NCBI GenBank assembly: GCA_963748815.1
Contig: CAVVKJ010000005.1
Coordinates: forward strand, 514,577-578,576
Direction: 5' to 3'
DNA length: 64,000 nt
Source: an uncultured Gemmatimonadales bacterium
GTDB lineage: Bacteria > Gemmatimonadota > Gemmatimonadetes > Gemmatimonadales > GWC2-71-9
The translations under genes were made by a program, and so were the position numbers. A model generated the notes under the pieces. The model was given only the letters and a program-made list of their open reading frames with translations. It was not told the origin of the DNA and did no database searches. Below are positions 49,471-58,597 of the stretch, in pieces; position 1 is the stretch's first letter; each line of letters opens with the position of its first letter.

Positions 49471-50325
49471 ATGAGTCTCATCTGGATCAACGGCCAGTGG
49501 CACGACCGCGACAGCGCCAAGATTTCCGTATTCGACCACGGCCTGCTGTACGGCGACGGCGTCTTCGAGGGGATGCGGGTGTACGGCGGGAAGCCGTTCC
49601 GGATGGACGAGCATCTCGAGCGGCTCTACGACTCGGCCCAGGCCATCTGGCTCACCGTGCCGATCCCCGTCGAGGAGATGGCCCGGGTGACGGTCGAAGG
49701 GGTCAAGCGCGCCGGCATCACGGAGGGGTATCTGCGGCACGTCGTGACCCGCGGAATGGGCGATCTTGGCCTCGATCCGCGGAGCTGCCCGCATCCGACG
49801 GCCATCGTCATCTTCGACACCATCCGGATCTGGCCTGCCGAGCGGTACGAGAAGGGGCTCGCCATGATTGGCGCGGCCACGCCGATGCCGAATCGGGAGG
49901 CCCTCTCCCCGCGGGTGAAGTCGCTCAACTACCTGCCCCACATCATGGCCAAGCTCGAGGGGATCCAGGCGCAAATGGACGAGGTGCTGATGCTCGACCG
50001 CAGCGGCTACGTGGCCGAGGCGTCGGGGATGAACATCTTCGTCGTGCGGCGCGGCGTGGTGACGACGCCCCCGGCCTGGACCGGCATCCTGCGCGGGGTC
50101 ACCCGCGACATCGTCATCGATCTCGCCACGACGGCGGGGATGACCGTCCGGGAAGAGCCGATCAATCGGTATGATGTGTACACGGCGGACGAGGCGTTCC
50201 TGACCGGTACGGCCGCGGAAATCGCTCCCATCCGTTCGTTGGACGGCCGACAGATCGGTGCCGGGCCGATCGGGCCCGTCACCCGCACGCTGATGGACCA
50301 GTTCAAGGCGCTCACCCGCGGGTGA
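49471..50325 (+). CDS. ilvE: Branched-chain amino acid aminotransferase (class IV)
   Basis: DHGLLYGDGVFEG, VKSLNY, ILRGVTR, ADEAFLTGTAAE. Confidence 0.93.
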   Translation: MSLIWINGQWHDRDSAKISVFDHGLLYGDGVFEGMRVYGGKPFRMDEHLERLYDSAQAIWLTVPIPVEEMARVTVEGVKRAGITEGYLRHVVTRGMGDLGLDPRSCPHPTAIVIFDTIRIWPAERYEKGLAMIGAATPMPNREALSPRVKSLNYLPHIMAKLEGIQAQMDEVLMLDRSGYVAEASGMNIFVVRRGVVTTPPAWTGILRGVTRDIVIDLATTAGMTVREEPINRYDVYTADEAFLTGTAAEIAPIRSLDGRQIGAGPIGPVTRTLMDQFKALTRG

Positions 50326-50390
50326 AGCGCGGCCCTTGACCTCCTATGCCGGCGCCGCATATTCGCCGGAGAGTCCCCACGGGAGATTGC

Positions 50391-50630
50391 ATGGCTTGGC
50401 GCGTCGTCGAGCACGGCGACACCACCTGGAATGTTTCGTTCGCCGCCGAGCGGACGGCCAACACCGCCGCTTGGCGGCTGGTCCTTTCGTTTCGTGCCTC
50501 GGAACCGGAGGCGCGCGCCTTCTGGGCGCCGTACCCCCTGGAATCGACCTCGCGTTCGGTGCTCTACAGCCAGGCCGATCGCATTTCCGCCGACCGACTG
50601 TCGGCCATCCTGTCCGAACATCTCGGTTGA
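50391..50630 (+). CDS. Small hypothetical protein
   Basis: GGAG ribosome-binding site, coding-like composition. Confidence 0.65.
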   Translation: MAWRVVEHGDTTWNVSFAAERTANTAAWRLVLSFRASEPEARAFWAPYPLESTSRSVLYSQADRISADRLSAILSEHLG

Positions 50631-50643
50631 GCGGGGCCTACCC

Positions 50644-50892
50644 ATGACGCAGGTGTCTTTCCAGGATCTCCGCCGCATCGCCGACTCCCTGGCGGCCCTC
50701 CGAGGCAAGTCGGTGGCCGCTGCGGTCATGCGCTCCGATCTCCGACAGCTGCGGCTGGAGACGGACGACGGCATGATGATGGTGCTCACCGTGGAGTTGG
50801 ACGAGGCCGGGCGGCCCCGCCTCGAGGTGGACGTCGTGCGCCAGCCGGAGGAACTGGGCCGGCAGCTCGAGGTCCGCTTCGACGCTGTCTAG
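50644..50892 (+). CDS. Small hypothetical protein
   Basis: MTQVSFQDLRR..., GC3-rich codon usage. Confidence 0.65.
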   Translation: MTQVSFQDLRRIADSLAALRGKSVAAAVMRSDLRQLRLETDDGMMMVLTVELDEAGRPRLEVDVVRQPEELGRQLEVRFDAV

Positions 50893-51780
50893 GGCGCGCC
50901 GGTCATTGCCGCCCAGACGACGGCCGAAATGCTCGCGATGTACCGCTTGGCATCGGCGGGCCGTTCGAAGCCGCGGGTCAGCACCACCAGGACGTAGGGT
51001 GGCCGGGTCGGGGGGTAGATCACCGCGGCATCGTGGTCGATGCCGGTAATGCCGCCGGTCTTGCTCGCGATCCGGGTGCCCGTCGGGACGCCGGCCGGAA
51101 TGCCCTCGCGAAATTGCTGGTGTGTCAGAATGTCGAGCATGATCGCAGTGGAAGTGTCCGACGCCGCCCGGCCCTCGGGCGATGGCCGCCATCAGGACGG
51201 CCAGGTCCCGCGCCGTCGTGGTGTTGCTGAGGCCGCGATCGAAGGCCTTCTGGTCCTCTACGCCGCGTAGCACCGCAATCGAGTCGGCGCCGAGCCGACG
51301 CGAGGTGGCCTGGATCTGCGGTGCCCCGAGGAGGTCCACCAGCAGGTTGGTGGCAAAATTGCTGCTCCAGGTGATCATCAGCCTGGCCAGCTCCTGGGCC
51401 GGCACCAGCTCCCCCTCGCGGGCGAAGAGGGTCTTCTCGGAGTCGTCGGGCACGAGGAGCTGGAAGCTCGAGCCGTCCACGATCGAATGGAACTCGTTCT
51501 TCACGAGCACGGGCCACGCCCAGCTGAACTCGCCGGCGTCCACCCGCTGGGCAAGTTCGATCAGGACCGGCACCTTCATGGTGCTGGCGGCGTGAACGCG
51601 CCACTGCGCGTTGATCCAGAGCGAGTCGCCCGTGCCCAGGTCAATCAGGGCGATCCCCACCTCGGCGCCGGCCGGCGGGAGTTCGGCCCCCAAGTTGCTT
51701 CGGAGTGCCCCGGGAATCTGGCCCCAGGCCGGCGCGGCCAGCGACACGGCGGCTAAGCACAGCAATGACAGTCGTTTCAT
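50889..51780 (-). CDS. Class A beta-lactamase-like serine hydrolase, frameshift near 51175
   Basis: Signal peptide; STMK (SxxK), SSN (SxN), KTG in the shifted C-terminal ORF. Confidence 0.88.
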
Positions 51781-51824
51781 GACGGGGAGAGTACCCGCTC
51801 CACGTCGCACTCTCAAGAGACCCC

Positions 51825-52235
51825 ATGCCTGATACCCATCCGCGCTTGCGTTTTGCCGAGTTCCGGATCGAGCGCCTGCCGAGCGGTCGCTGCAGCGCCG
51901 GGGTGGTGCTCACCGGACCCGGCGGGGCTCGCTACGAGGGCGAGGCCCAGGGGCTGGCGTCGCAGGCGGGCGAGCTGCGGTGCGCGGCACAGGCCTGCAT
52001 CAGCGCGCTCACGCAGTCGGTCGAGGGGGAGTTGAGTTTCGAGTGCCTCGGCGTCAAGGCGATCCGGGCCTTCGATGCGACGGTCGTCATCGTGTCACTC
52101 GCGACCCGGGGTGAAGGGGCCCCGAAGCGGGTCGTCGGATCCGTCCTGACGGAGGAAGAACCGACCCGGGCCGCCGCTCTCGCCGTCCTGAACGCGACCA
52201 ACCGACTCCTGGGAAACCGCTATTTCGTGGACTGA
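51825..52235 (+). CDS. Hypothetical protein
   Basis: Clean ORF ending AAALAVLNATNR. Confidence 0.7.
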   Translation: MPDTHPRLRFAEFRIERLPSGRCSAGVVLTGPGGARYEGEAQGLASQAGELRCAAQACISALTQSVEGELSFECLGVKAIRAFDATVVIVSLATRGEGAPKRVVGSVLTEEEPTRAAALAVLNATNRLLGNRYFVD

Positions 52236-52361
52236 AGTGGCGCGACCCCGCTCACCCACCGGGCATCTATCCCAAGTGCCGCTCCCCGATTGAGGTTCCC
52301 TGCATCGCTGTCGGTAGGCCCCCGGGGTCGAGGCGCCGGGTTCTTCGACCTCGCCTCATGT

Positions 52362-52390
52362 TGTAAGTGACTGTTACGTAACAGGTTACA
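52362..52390. promoter_or_regulatory. AT-rich palindromic site upstream of the mltD-like gene
   Basis: Perfect 14-bp palindrome CTGTTACGTAACAG flanked by TGTAA and TTACA. Confidence 0.45.
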
Positions 52391-52519
52391 GCTCAGGTTT
52401 GTCTGGTCCCGCCTTTCGGCATAGGTTTGGCTCCATTCCGCGGGCGAACGGCCTGTTTCAGATTGAGATTCGCCCTGGGGGTTGCACCCGGCTTGGTGGA
52501 ACCCAAGGAGCCATATCGA

Positions 52520-54097
52520 GTGTCACGCACAATCCTGCTCGTCTTCCTCGTCGGCACCACCGCCTGTAGTAGCGGTGGCTCACCGGCAGTTGCCCCCTCT
52601 CCGGTGGCGCAGGCCGTGTCCCCCCATTCTGATGGCGACCAGACGGCCCAGGGCGCCTCCGGCGCCGCTGCCGCCAACTTCGCGACGCTGCCCCCGCCAG
52701 TTGCGGTGCTGGACGTGGACAGCATGGCCAGGACCATCGTGGCGGCAGACTCCGCGGCCGACGCCGCGGCACTTGCCGCGCTCGATCTGGCCTACCCGGA
52801 GGCGACCGTCGAGCCGGCCTTCTCGCACGGGGGAGGCGCGGACGATCTGGAGGTCGCGACATCGTGGGACATTGACGTCGAGACGTACGTGTCCCACGAC
52901 CGCGTCCAGTACTACCTCGACTTCTTCCAGGGGCCGGGGCGCGAGCGGATGGCCATCTGGCTCACCCGGCTCCCGCGCTACGAAACCATGATCCGCGAGC
53001 AGATGCAGCTGAACGGCGTGCCGGAAGACATGGTCTACCTCGCGCTGATCGAGAGCGGGTACTCGAACTCGGCGGTGAGCCGCGCCCGGGCCACGGGCAT
53101 GTGGCAGTTCATGAAGGGCACCGGCCGGATGTATGGCTTGCAGGTCAACACCTATGTCGACGAGCGGCGGGACCCGGTGAAGTCGACGGCCGCGGCCGCG
53201 CAGCACCTGAACGACCTGCAGGAGCGCTTCGGATCGATCTACCTGGCCGCCGCGGCCTACAACGCCGGCGCCGGCAAGGTCTCCCGCGGGCTCCGCGGAC
53301 TGCCGGCGGGCACCACGAGCGCGGCGCCTGACGAGCTGGGCGACGACGAAGGGGTCAACAACGACGCGGAGTTCTTCCGCCTCTATGACACGAAATACCT
53401 CCGCCGCGAAACAAAGGATTACGTCCCGAAGCTGATCGCCGCGGCGCTCATCGCGAAGGAACCGACCCGGTACGGATTCGACGCGCCGCCGGCGGTTCCG
53501 CCCTTCGCCTACGACTCGGTCATCGTCACCAGCCAGACCGGGCTCGATGTGATCGCCCGGCTCTCGGGCGCCACCCTCGCCGAGATTCGCGACCTGAACC
53601 CGCAGTACATCCGGATGGTGACCCCGCCGGGCAAGTCCGCCGTGGTGCGGGTGCCGGTCGGTGTGGGCGAGCGAACCGCACTGGCGTACGCCGAACTGCC
53701 GCCGTCTCAGCGGGTGGCGTATCAGACCCACGTGGTGCGGAGCGGCGAAACGATCTCGGGAATCGCATCGCGGTATGGCGTCAGCACCGGCGAGGTGCGC
53801 GACGCCAACCCGAAGATCCCGAAATCGGGGATGATCCGGGTCGGGCAGCAGCTGATCATTCCCACGAGCGGCTACAGCGCGCAGACCCGCGCGGCCATCG
53901 CGGCCACCCAGGAGTCGGTGCGTGCGCCTTCCCGGAACGCCAAGGTGTACACGGTCCGGAAGGGCGACACCCTCTCCGGCATCGCCAAGCGCTACGGGAC
54001 GACCACCTCGAGCCTCAAGCGAATCAACGGGCTGTCCAGTGACCAGCTGAGGATCGGGCAGAAGATCCGGCTGCAGAGCTCGGGTTCCCGAGCCTGA
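52520..54097 (+). CDS. mltD: Membrane-bound lytic murein transglycosylase D-like lipoprotein (SLT + LysM)
   Basis: Lipobox TTAC; LIESG, GMWQF, AAYNAG, ETKDYVPK; LysM repeats. Confidence 0.9.
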   Translation: MSRTILLVFLVGTTACSSGGSPAVAPSPVAQAVSPHSDGDQTAQGASGAAAANFATLPPPVAVLDVDSMARTIVAADSAADAAALAALDLAYPEATVEPAFSHGGGADDLEVATSWDIDVETYVSHDRVQYYLDFFQGPGRERMAIWLTRLPRYETMIREQMQLNGVPEDMVYLALIESGYSNSAVSRARATGMWQFMKGTGRMYGLQVNTYVDERRDPVKSTAAAAQHLNDLQERFGSIYLAAAAYNAGAGKVSRGLRGLPAGTTSAAPDELGDDEGVNNDAEFFRLYDTKYLRRETKDYVPKLIAAALIAKEPTRYGFDAPPAVPPFAYDSVIVTSQTGLDVIARLSGATLAEIRDLNPQYIRMVTPPGKSAVVRVPVGVGERTALAYAELPPSQRVAYQTHVVRSGETISGIASRYGVSTGEVRDANPKIPKSGMIRVGQQLIIPTSGYSAQTRAAIAATQESVRAPSRNAKVYTVRKGDTLSGIAKRYGTTTSSLKRINGLSSDQLRIGQKIRLQSSGSRA

Positions 54098-54119
54098 CCG
54101 CTCGGAAGTACGACGTGCG

Positions 54120-54153
54120 AACGGCCGGAGCAGACGCTCCGGCCGTTTGTGTT
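54120..54153 (+). terminator. Intrinsic terminator after mltD
   Basis: AACGGCCGGAGC-AGAC-GCTCCGGCCGTT followed by TGTGTT. Confidence 0.75.
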
Positions 54154-54208
54154 GGCGGGCCTGACGCCGGTTAGATTTGGGCCTGGTCATACCCCGGGAG
54201 CAGCGCCG

Positions 54209-55321
54209 TTGACGGACACCCCTCTGCCTGATTCCACCCGCCGCCGGATCGGCGTCTGGCTCGCCGGCTGGGCCGCCATGGTGCTCATCCTCGTGCTGGT
54301 CGGCGGCGCCACCCGCCTGACCGAATCGGGGCTGTCGATCACCGAGTGGAAGCCGGTGACCGGCGTCGTCCCCCCGCTCAATCAGGGCGACTGGGAAACG
54401 GAGTTTGCCCGGTACCAGCAGATCCCGGAGTATCGGGAGCTCAATCTCGGCATGTCCCTGGCGCAGTTCCAGGTGATTTATCTCTGGGAGTTTTCGCACC
54501 GGTTCTGGGCTCGGCTGGTCGGCCTCGCGCTCGCGCTGCCGCTGGTGTTCTTCCTCTGGCGGCGGGAACTGCGCGGGAGGCTGGCCTGGCGGATTGGCGG
54601 CATCCTCCTGCTGACGGGGCTGCAGGGGGCATTGGGGTGGTACATGGTCAAGAGCGGACTGACTGTCCGGACCGACGTCAGTCAGTACCGACTCGCCGCT
54701 CATCTGACCCTGGCCCTGGTCGTCTACGTACTGGCGGTGTGGACCTCGGCGGAGCTGCTCGGAGTCGGTGGTCGGGACGATGCGCTCAACCCAGGCGCCG
54801 CAGGGCGCCTGCGGCGCCGAACCGCCGGGTTCGTCGGTTTCGCCTTCCTCACCATCGTTTCCGGCGCGTTCGTGGCCGGACTCGACGCCGGGCACGCGTG
54901 GAACACCTTTCCGTTGATGGGCGGCCAGGTGATCCCACCCGGTTACACCGCCCTCACGCCCTGGTACCTGAACGCCTTCGAGAATGCGGCCGCGGTGCAA
55001 TTCCACCACCGGTTGCTCGGCATGGCGGTCGCGCTGCTTTCCCTGCTGCTTTGGCGGTCGAGCAAGGGCGTCCCCCTGCCGGACGGAACTCGACGGTGGT
55101 TTGCCACGGTGGCACTTCTTTCCGCCGCACAGATGGCCCTCGGCATCACCACGCTGTTGCTGCGGGTCCCCGTGGCGGTGGGCGTGCTCCATCAGCTTGG
55201 CGCGGTGCTGGTCCTGACGGCGTCACTGCTCGCGCTCGCGTCGCTCCAAACGAAAGACGGCCGGCGAAATTCGCCGGCCGCCCTCGAAACCCGTCCTGCC
55301 CGCGCCGTTAATTCACGGTGA
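54209..55321 (+). CDS. ctaA: Heme A synthase (COX15/CtaA type 2)
   Basis: GGATRLTESGLSITEW, WEFSHR, GWYMVKSGL, VSQYRLAAHL, QFHHR, LHQ. Confidence 0.94.
   Translation: MTDTPLPDSTRRRIGVWLAGWAAMVLILVLVGGATRLTESGLSITEWKPVTGVVPPLNQGDWETEFARYQQIPEYRELNLGMSLAQFQVIYLWEFSHRFWARLVGLALALPLVFFLWRRELRGRLAWRIGGILLLTGLQGALGWYMVKSGLTVRTDVSQYRLAAHLTLALVVYVLAVWTSAELLGVGGRDDALNPGAAGRLRRRTAGFVGFAFLTIVSGAFVAGLDAGHAWNTFPLMGGQVIPPGYTALTPWYLNAFENAAAVQFHHRLLGMAVALLSLLLWRSSKGVPLPDGTRRWFATVALLSAAQMALGITTLLLRVPVAVGVLHQLGAVLVLTASLLALASLQTKDGRRNSPAALETRPARAVNSR
55258..55280. terminator. Hairpin at the convergent ctaA/SLT ends
   Basis: CGGCCGGCGAA...TTCGCCGGCCG with a T-rich tail on the minus strand. Confidence 0.55.
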
Positions 55322-56009
55322 CGGGGACGTTGGCGTTTCGCAGGTCGCCCTTGATCACTTTCTTCGCGTAGCCGTTCCGCGGGTCGCCCCCCTGGGCCAG
55401 GATGGCGGCGACGATGGTCGGACCACGGTTGTACGCCAGCAGGGCGTGATCGACGTTGCCGTCGAACCGCTTCAGCAGGTCCTTCAGGAAGCGGAAGCCA
55501 ATCCGCAGGTTCGTTTCCCGGTCGAAGAGCTGCGCCTCCGTGAGGTCCGGCATGTAGAACTGCGCCGTGGGCAGTCGGACCTGCGTCAGCCCGATGGCGT
55601 TCATCGGGCTGCGGGCGCGCGGGTAGAATTCGCTCTCCACCCGCACCAGCCGGAATGCCATGGCCGGATCGATCCCCTCGCTGAGCGCGATGTCGTAAAT
55701 GGCGGCGCTCAGGTCGGCCGGAATCTTGTACTGGGCCGAATATTCGAAGATCGCGTTGGCGCGGGCCAACTGGAGGTGCAAGACGGCGGCCTCGCCGCTG
55801 ACGCCTTCGAGGCGGCGCGCCATGTCGCCGAAGCCTCGGGCCACGACATCGACCGACGGGGCAGGGGCGGTATCATCGGCACCGGCGCGCCGCGGCCAGC
55901 CGGCCAGCGCGCACACCAGGACTCCGGCGCCGAGCAGAACGCCACCCCGGAACATGAGCCGGGGGGTCGGGGAATTGCGTTCGATCTGGTGGTCCGTTCG
56001 GGTCAACAA
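55308..56009 (-). CDS. SLT-domain lytic transglycosylase
   Basis: VESEF, AIGLTQV, ALLAYNRG. Confidence 0.88.
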   Translation of the reverse strand: MLTRTDHQIERNSPTPRLMFRGGVLLGAGVLVCALAGWPRRAGADDTAPAPSVDVVARGFGDMARRLEGVSGEAAVLHLQLARANAIFEYSAQYKIPADLSAAIYDIALSEGIDPAMAFRLVRVESEFYPRARSPMNAIGLTQVRLPTAQFYMPDLTEAQLFDRETNLRIGFRFLKDLLKRFDGNVDHALLAYNRGPTIVAAILAQGGDPRNGYAKKVIKGDLRNANVPVTVN

Positions 56010-56060
56010 ATCGTTGATCCTCCACTAGGGTCTGCCGACGGGTCGGTCAACCGAAGGCGA

Positions 56061-56534
56061 TTACTTCCGCGTCCAGTCGCCGTGCGTCCCGCCAGTCTTG
56101 TCCAGCACCTGCACTCCTTCGATCGTCATGCGGCGGTCGACCGCCTTCACCATGTCGTACACGGTGAGACAGGCCACCGCGGCCGCTGTCAGCGCTTCCA
56201 TTTCGACACCGGTGCGTCCCTCGCATCGCACGCGCGCGGTGACGTGCACGCCGGGCAGGTCCGGATCGAGCTGGGCGCGCACTTCGATCGCGTCCACCGC
56301 CAGCGGGTGACAGAGCGGAATGAGGTCGCCCGTCCGCTTGGCCGCCATCGTGCCGGCCACTTCCGCCACCGAGAGGACATCGCCCTTCTTGATGGCCTGT
56401 GCAGCCACAAGGTCGAACGCCTCGCGGGACATCCGCACCCGACCCTCGGCCGTTGCAGTGCGGACCGTGACCGGCTTCCCGCCGACGTCCACCATCCGGG
56501 CGCGTCCCTCGGCGTCGAGGTGCGAGAGGCTCAC
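56061..56534 (-). CDS. moaC: Cyclic pyranopterin monophosphate synthase
   Basis: LSHLD..ARMVDV, LIPLCHP, TGVEMEAL, YDMVKAVD. Confidence 0.96.
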   Translation of the reverse strand: MSLSHLDAEGRARMVDVGGKPVTVRTATAEGRVRMSREAFDLVAAQAIKKGDVLSVAEVAGTMAAKRTGDLIPLCHPLAVDAIEVRAQLDPDLPGVHVTARVRCEGRTGVEMEALTAAAVACLTVYDMVKAVDRRMTIEGVQVLDKTGGTHGDWTRK

Positions 56535-57619
56535 AGCACGCCTGCCAGATCGCCACCGAGCACCGCCAGCAGGAGCTGCGGATTGACGTTGCCCTGCGCG
56601 GCCAGCCGCGCCTCGGCCACCAGCGCCTGCGCCTCCAGCAGCCCGGCGGGCTCGCGGCCCTCGAGCGCCGCAGGCACCGGCGCCACGCCCGTCACACCGG
56701 CGGCCTGGCGGGCGGCGTCGCCCAGCGTTTCCGCGACGGCATCGAGCAGGTCGGTGAACTCGCCCCGCGCCGACCATGGAGCCTGGGCAAGGGCCCGCTC
56801 GGCGGCGGGTCCGGTGCCCGCGAGGACCGCTTCGAGCCAGATGGCGGCGGCCTTCCGGTTCCTGGCGCCGTCGCCCGTCTCGGACAGCGCGGCGCCGATG
56901 GAACCGTTCGCGCGAGCCACCAGCGTCTTCAGCTCGGCCCCGGCGGGCGCGGGCTCGAGGTGTGCGGACAGAAAGTCCTTCACCTCGACATCGCTGAGCC
57001 GTCCCAGCCGGAGGGGCACTGTACGCGACCGGATGGTCGGCAGCAGTTTCCCCGGGTCGGCGGTGGTCAACACGAAGTAGGTGTCGGCCGGCGGCTCCTC
57101 GAAGAGCTTGAGGAGGGCATTGGCTGCCTCGGGGCTCGACTCCTGGGCCACCAGGCGGTCGGCCTCACCAACGATGAACACCTTCTTCTTGCCTTCGACC
57201 GGCGTCAGCGCCGCGCGGCGGGCGATCAGGCGCGCCGTGGCCATCCCGTGGGCCGACATGCCGTCGGCGGGGGAGTAGAGCGGTGTCTTCCGCCGTTCGT
57301 CGATCAGCTCGGCAATGTTCTCCGCGGCCTCTTCCACCTGCTTGTCCGGTTCCCCGGCCTTGGGGCGGGGTATCGGGACGATCCAGTGCAGGTCGGCGTG
57401 GGCCAGGCCGAGGACCAGGCGGCAGGTCCGGCACTGCCCGCACGGCTCACTGCCTGGGGCCTCGCAGAGCACCAGCTGGGCGATCCAGAGGGCGAGGCGC
57501 TGCTTCCCGACACCCTCCGGGCCGGCGATCAGAATGACCTGAGGGAGCTGGCCATTCGCCACGGCCCTGACAAGACGACGGCGGGCCACCGAGTGACCCG
57601 CCAGAGGCTTCAAAGACAT
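56531..57619 (-). CDS. holB: DNA polymerase III subunit delta'
   Basis: GPEGVGK, C..PCGQCRTC zinc module, AANALLKLFEEPP, LLPTIRSR. Confidence 0.9.
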   Translation of the reverse strand: MSLKPLAGHSVARRRLVRAVANGQLPQVILIAGPEGVGKQRLALWIAQLVLCEAPGSEPCGQCRTCRLVLGLAHADLHWIVPIPRPKAGEPDKQVEEAAENIAELIDERRKTPLYSPADGMSAHGMATARLIARRAALTPVEGKKKVFIVGEADRLVAQESSPEAANALLKLFEEPPADTYFVLTTADPGKLLPTIRSRTVPLRLGRLSDVEVKDFLSAHLEPAPAGAELKTLVARANGSIGAALSETGDGARNRKAAAIWLEAVLAGTGPAAERALAQAPWSARGEFTDLLDAVAETLGDAARQAAGVTGVAPVPAALEGREPAGLLEAQALVAEARLAAQGNVNPQLLLAVLGGDLAGVL

Positions 57620-57923
57620 GGGAAGAAGGTAAGCAAGTGGCGGGCGATTGGTATCCGTACTCGTGTAACATCTTTTTCAACAACGACTTAGGTGTGCATT
57701 TCCGTGCCACACGGAGCCCCGGAATGCGCCAATCTGGCCTGTCCCATAAGTGTGAGCACTTGCTCGCATGGACCTCATTGTGAGTGTCTGCTCGCATGGA
57801 TTGTAACACGGCGCTGTGTAACGGCTTCCGGATTGGCTCCTGGCTGCACTGGTCTGCACCCGCCTGGACGCTTGCCCCTTGGCCTGCCACGGTGATGGTG
57901 ACCGATAATCGGGCAGTCCGATG

Positions 57924-57972
57924 TGTGGAAAGTTGGAAAACTGGGGGATAAGTCAGTGGAGGGGGTGGAAAA
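57924..57972 (+). promoter_or_regulatory. Cluster of degenerate DnaA-box-like 9-mers
   Basis: TGTGGAAAG, GTTGGAAAA, GGGGGATAA, GGTGGAAAA; 1-2 mismatches each to TGTGNAWAA. Confidence 0.5.
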
Positions 57973-58004
57973 GAGGACTGGGGACTGAGGACTGGGGACT
58001 GAGG
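57973..58004 (+). repeat. Heptamer tandem array (G[A/G]GGACT)x4+
   Basis: gaggact ggggact gaggact ggggact gagg. Confidence 0.9.
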
Positions 58005-58062
58005 GTTGCGGGTCCCAGCTTCTGTCATTGCGAGGAGACCCCGGGAGGGGCCGACGAAGCAA

Positions 58063-58161
58063 TCCCGTGCGCGGGCGCACCGACCGGGGTGGGCGCGTCT
58101 CGACCAACCGGGGCCGTCCCGTGCGCGGGCGCACCGACCGGGGTGGGCATATGCCCACCCC
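58063..58161 (+). repeat. Two 32-bp direct repeats ending in a REP-like palindrome
   Basis: TCCCGTGCGCGGGCGCACCGACCGGGGTGGGC at 58063 and 58117; GGGGTGGGCAT-ATGCCCACCCC at 58140-58161. Confidence 0.85.
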
Positions 58162-58354
58162 TATTCAAAGGGGTTCAACCCAATGTGCCAGACGCCAGGG
58201 ATCTCCACGGCTAAGCAATTCCGTGAGGCTGCCTCTAGACGCCTTCGATGGCCGTTTGCACCGTCGGCCCCGCTTCCCCGCCATCCCGGCGCTTTCGCCA
58301 GGGTGCTCGTCCTATTAAACTTGCCACGCGCGCGGCCGGGTGGCGGCGCGCCGA

Positions 58355-58428
58355 TCCCGAGTAGCTCAGTTGGTTAGAGCAGCTGACTGTTAATCAGCGG
58401 GTCGGGGGTTCGAGTCCCTCCTCGGGAG
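58355..58428 (+). tRNA. tRNA-Asn(GTT)
   Basis: Acceptor TCCCGAG/CTCGGGA, anticodon arm GCTGA-CTGTTAA-TCAGC, GTTCGAG; CCA not encoded. Confidence 0.96.
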
Positions 58429-58597
58429 TTGCCGCGGGACCCAGTAAAGTGCCAGTAGCGCTCCGGCCCGGGCCATCGCCTGGGCCGCTTGTGTTTCCGG
58501 CCATGTGAGAAGCGTCACCGCACGGTGTCAGGCGACTGACAGATTGATGGTGTAGGTTTTCCATAGTTCGCAGGGCTTCAGCATTCAATATGTAAGG

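Noticed and set aside
50889..51780. Acquired antibiotic-resistance gene
   Set aside because: Generic chromosomal class A-like serine hydrolase with no mobile context; activity cannot be inferred
58063..58148. CRISPR array
   Set aside because: Only two 32-bp repeats with a 22-bp spacer, and no cas genes
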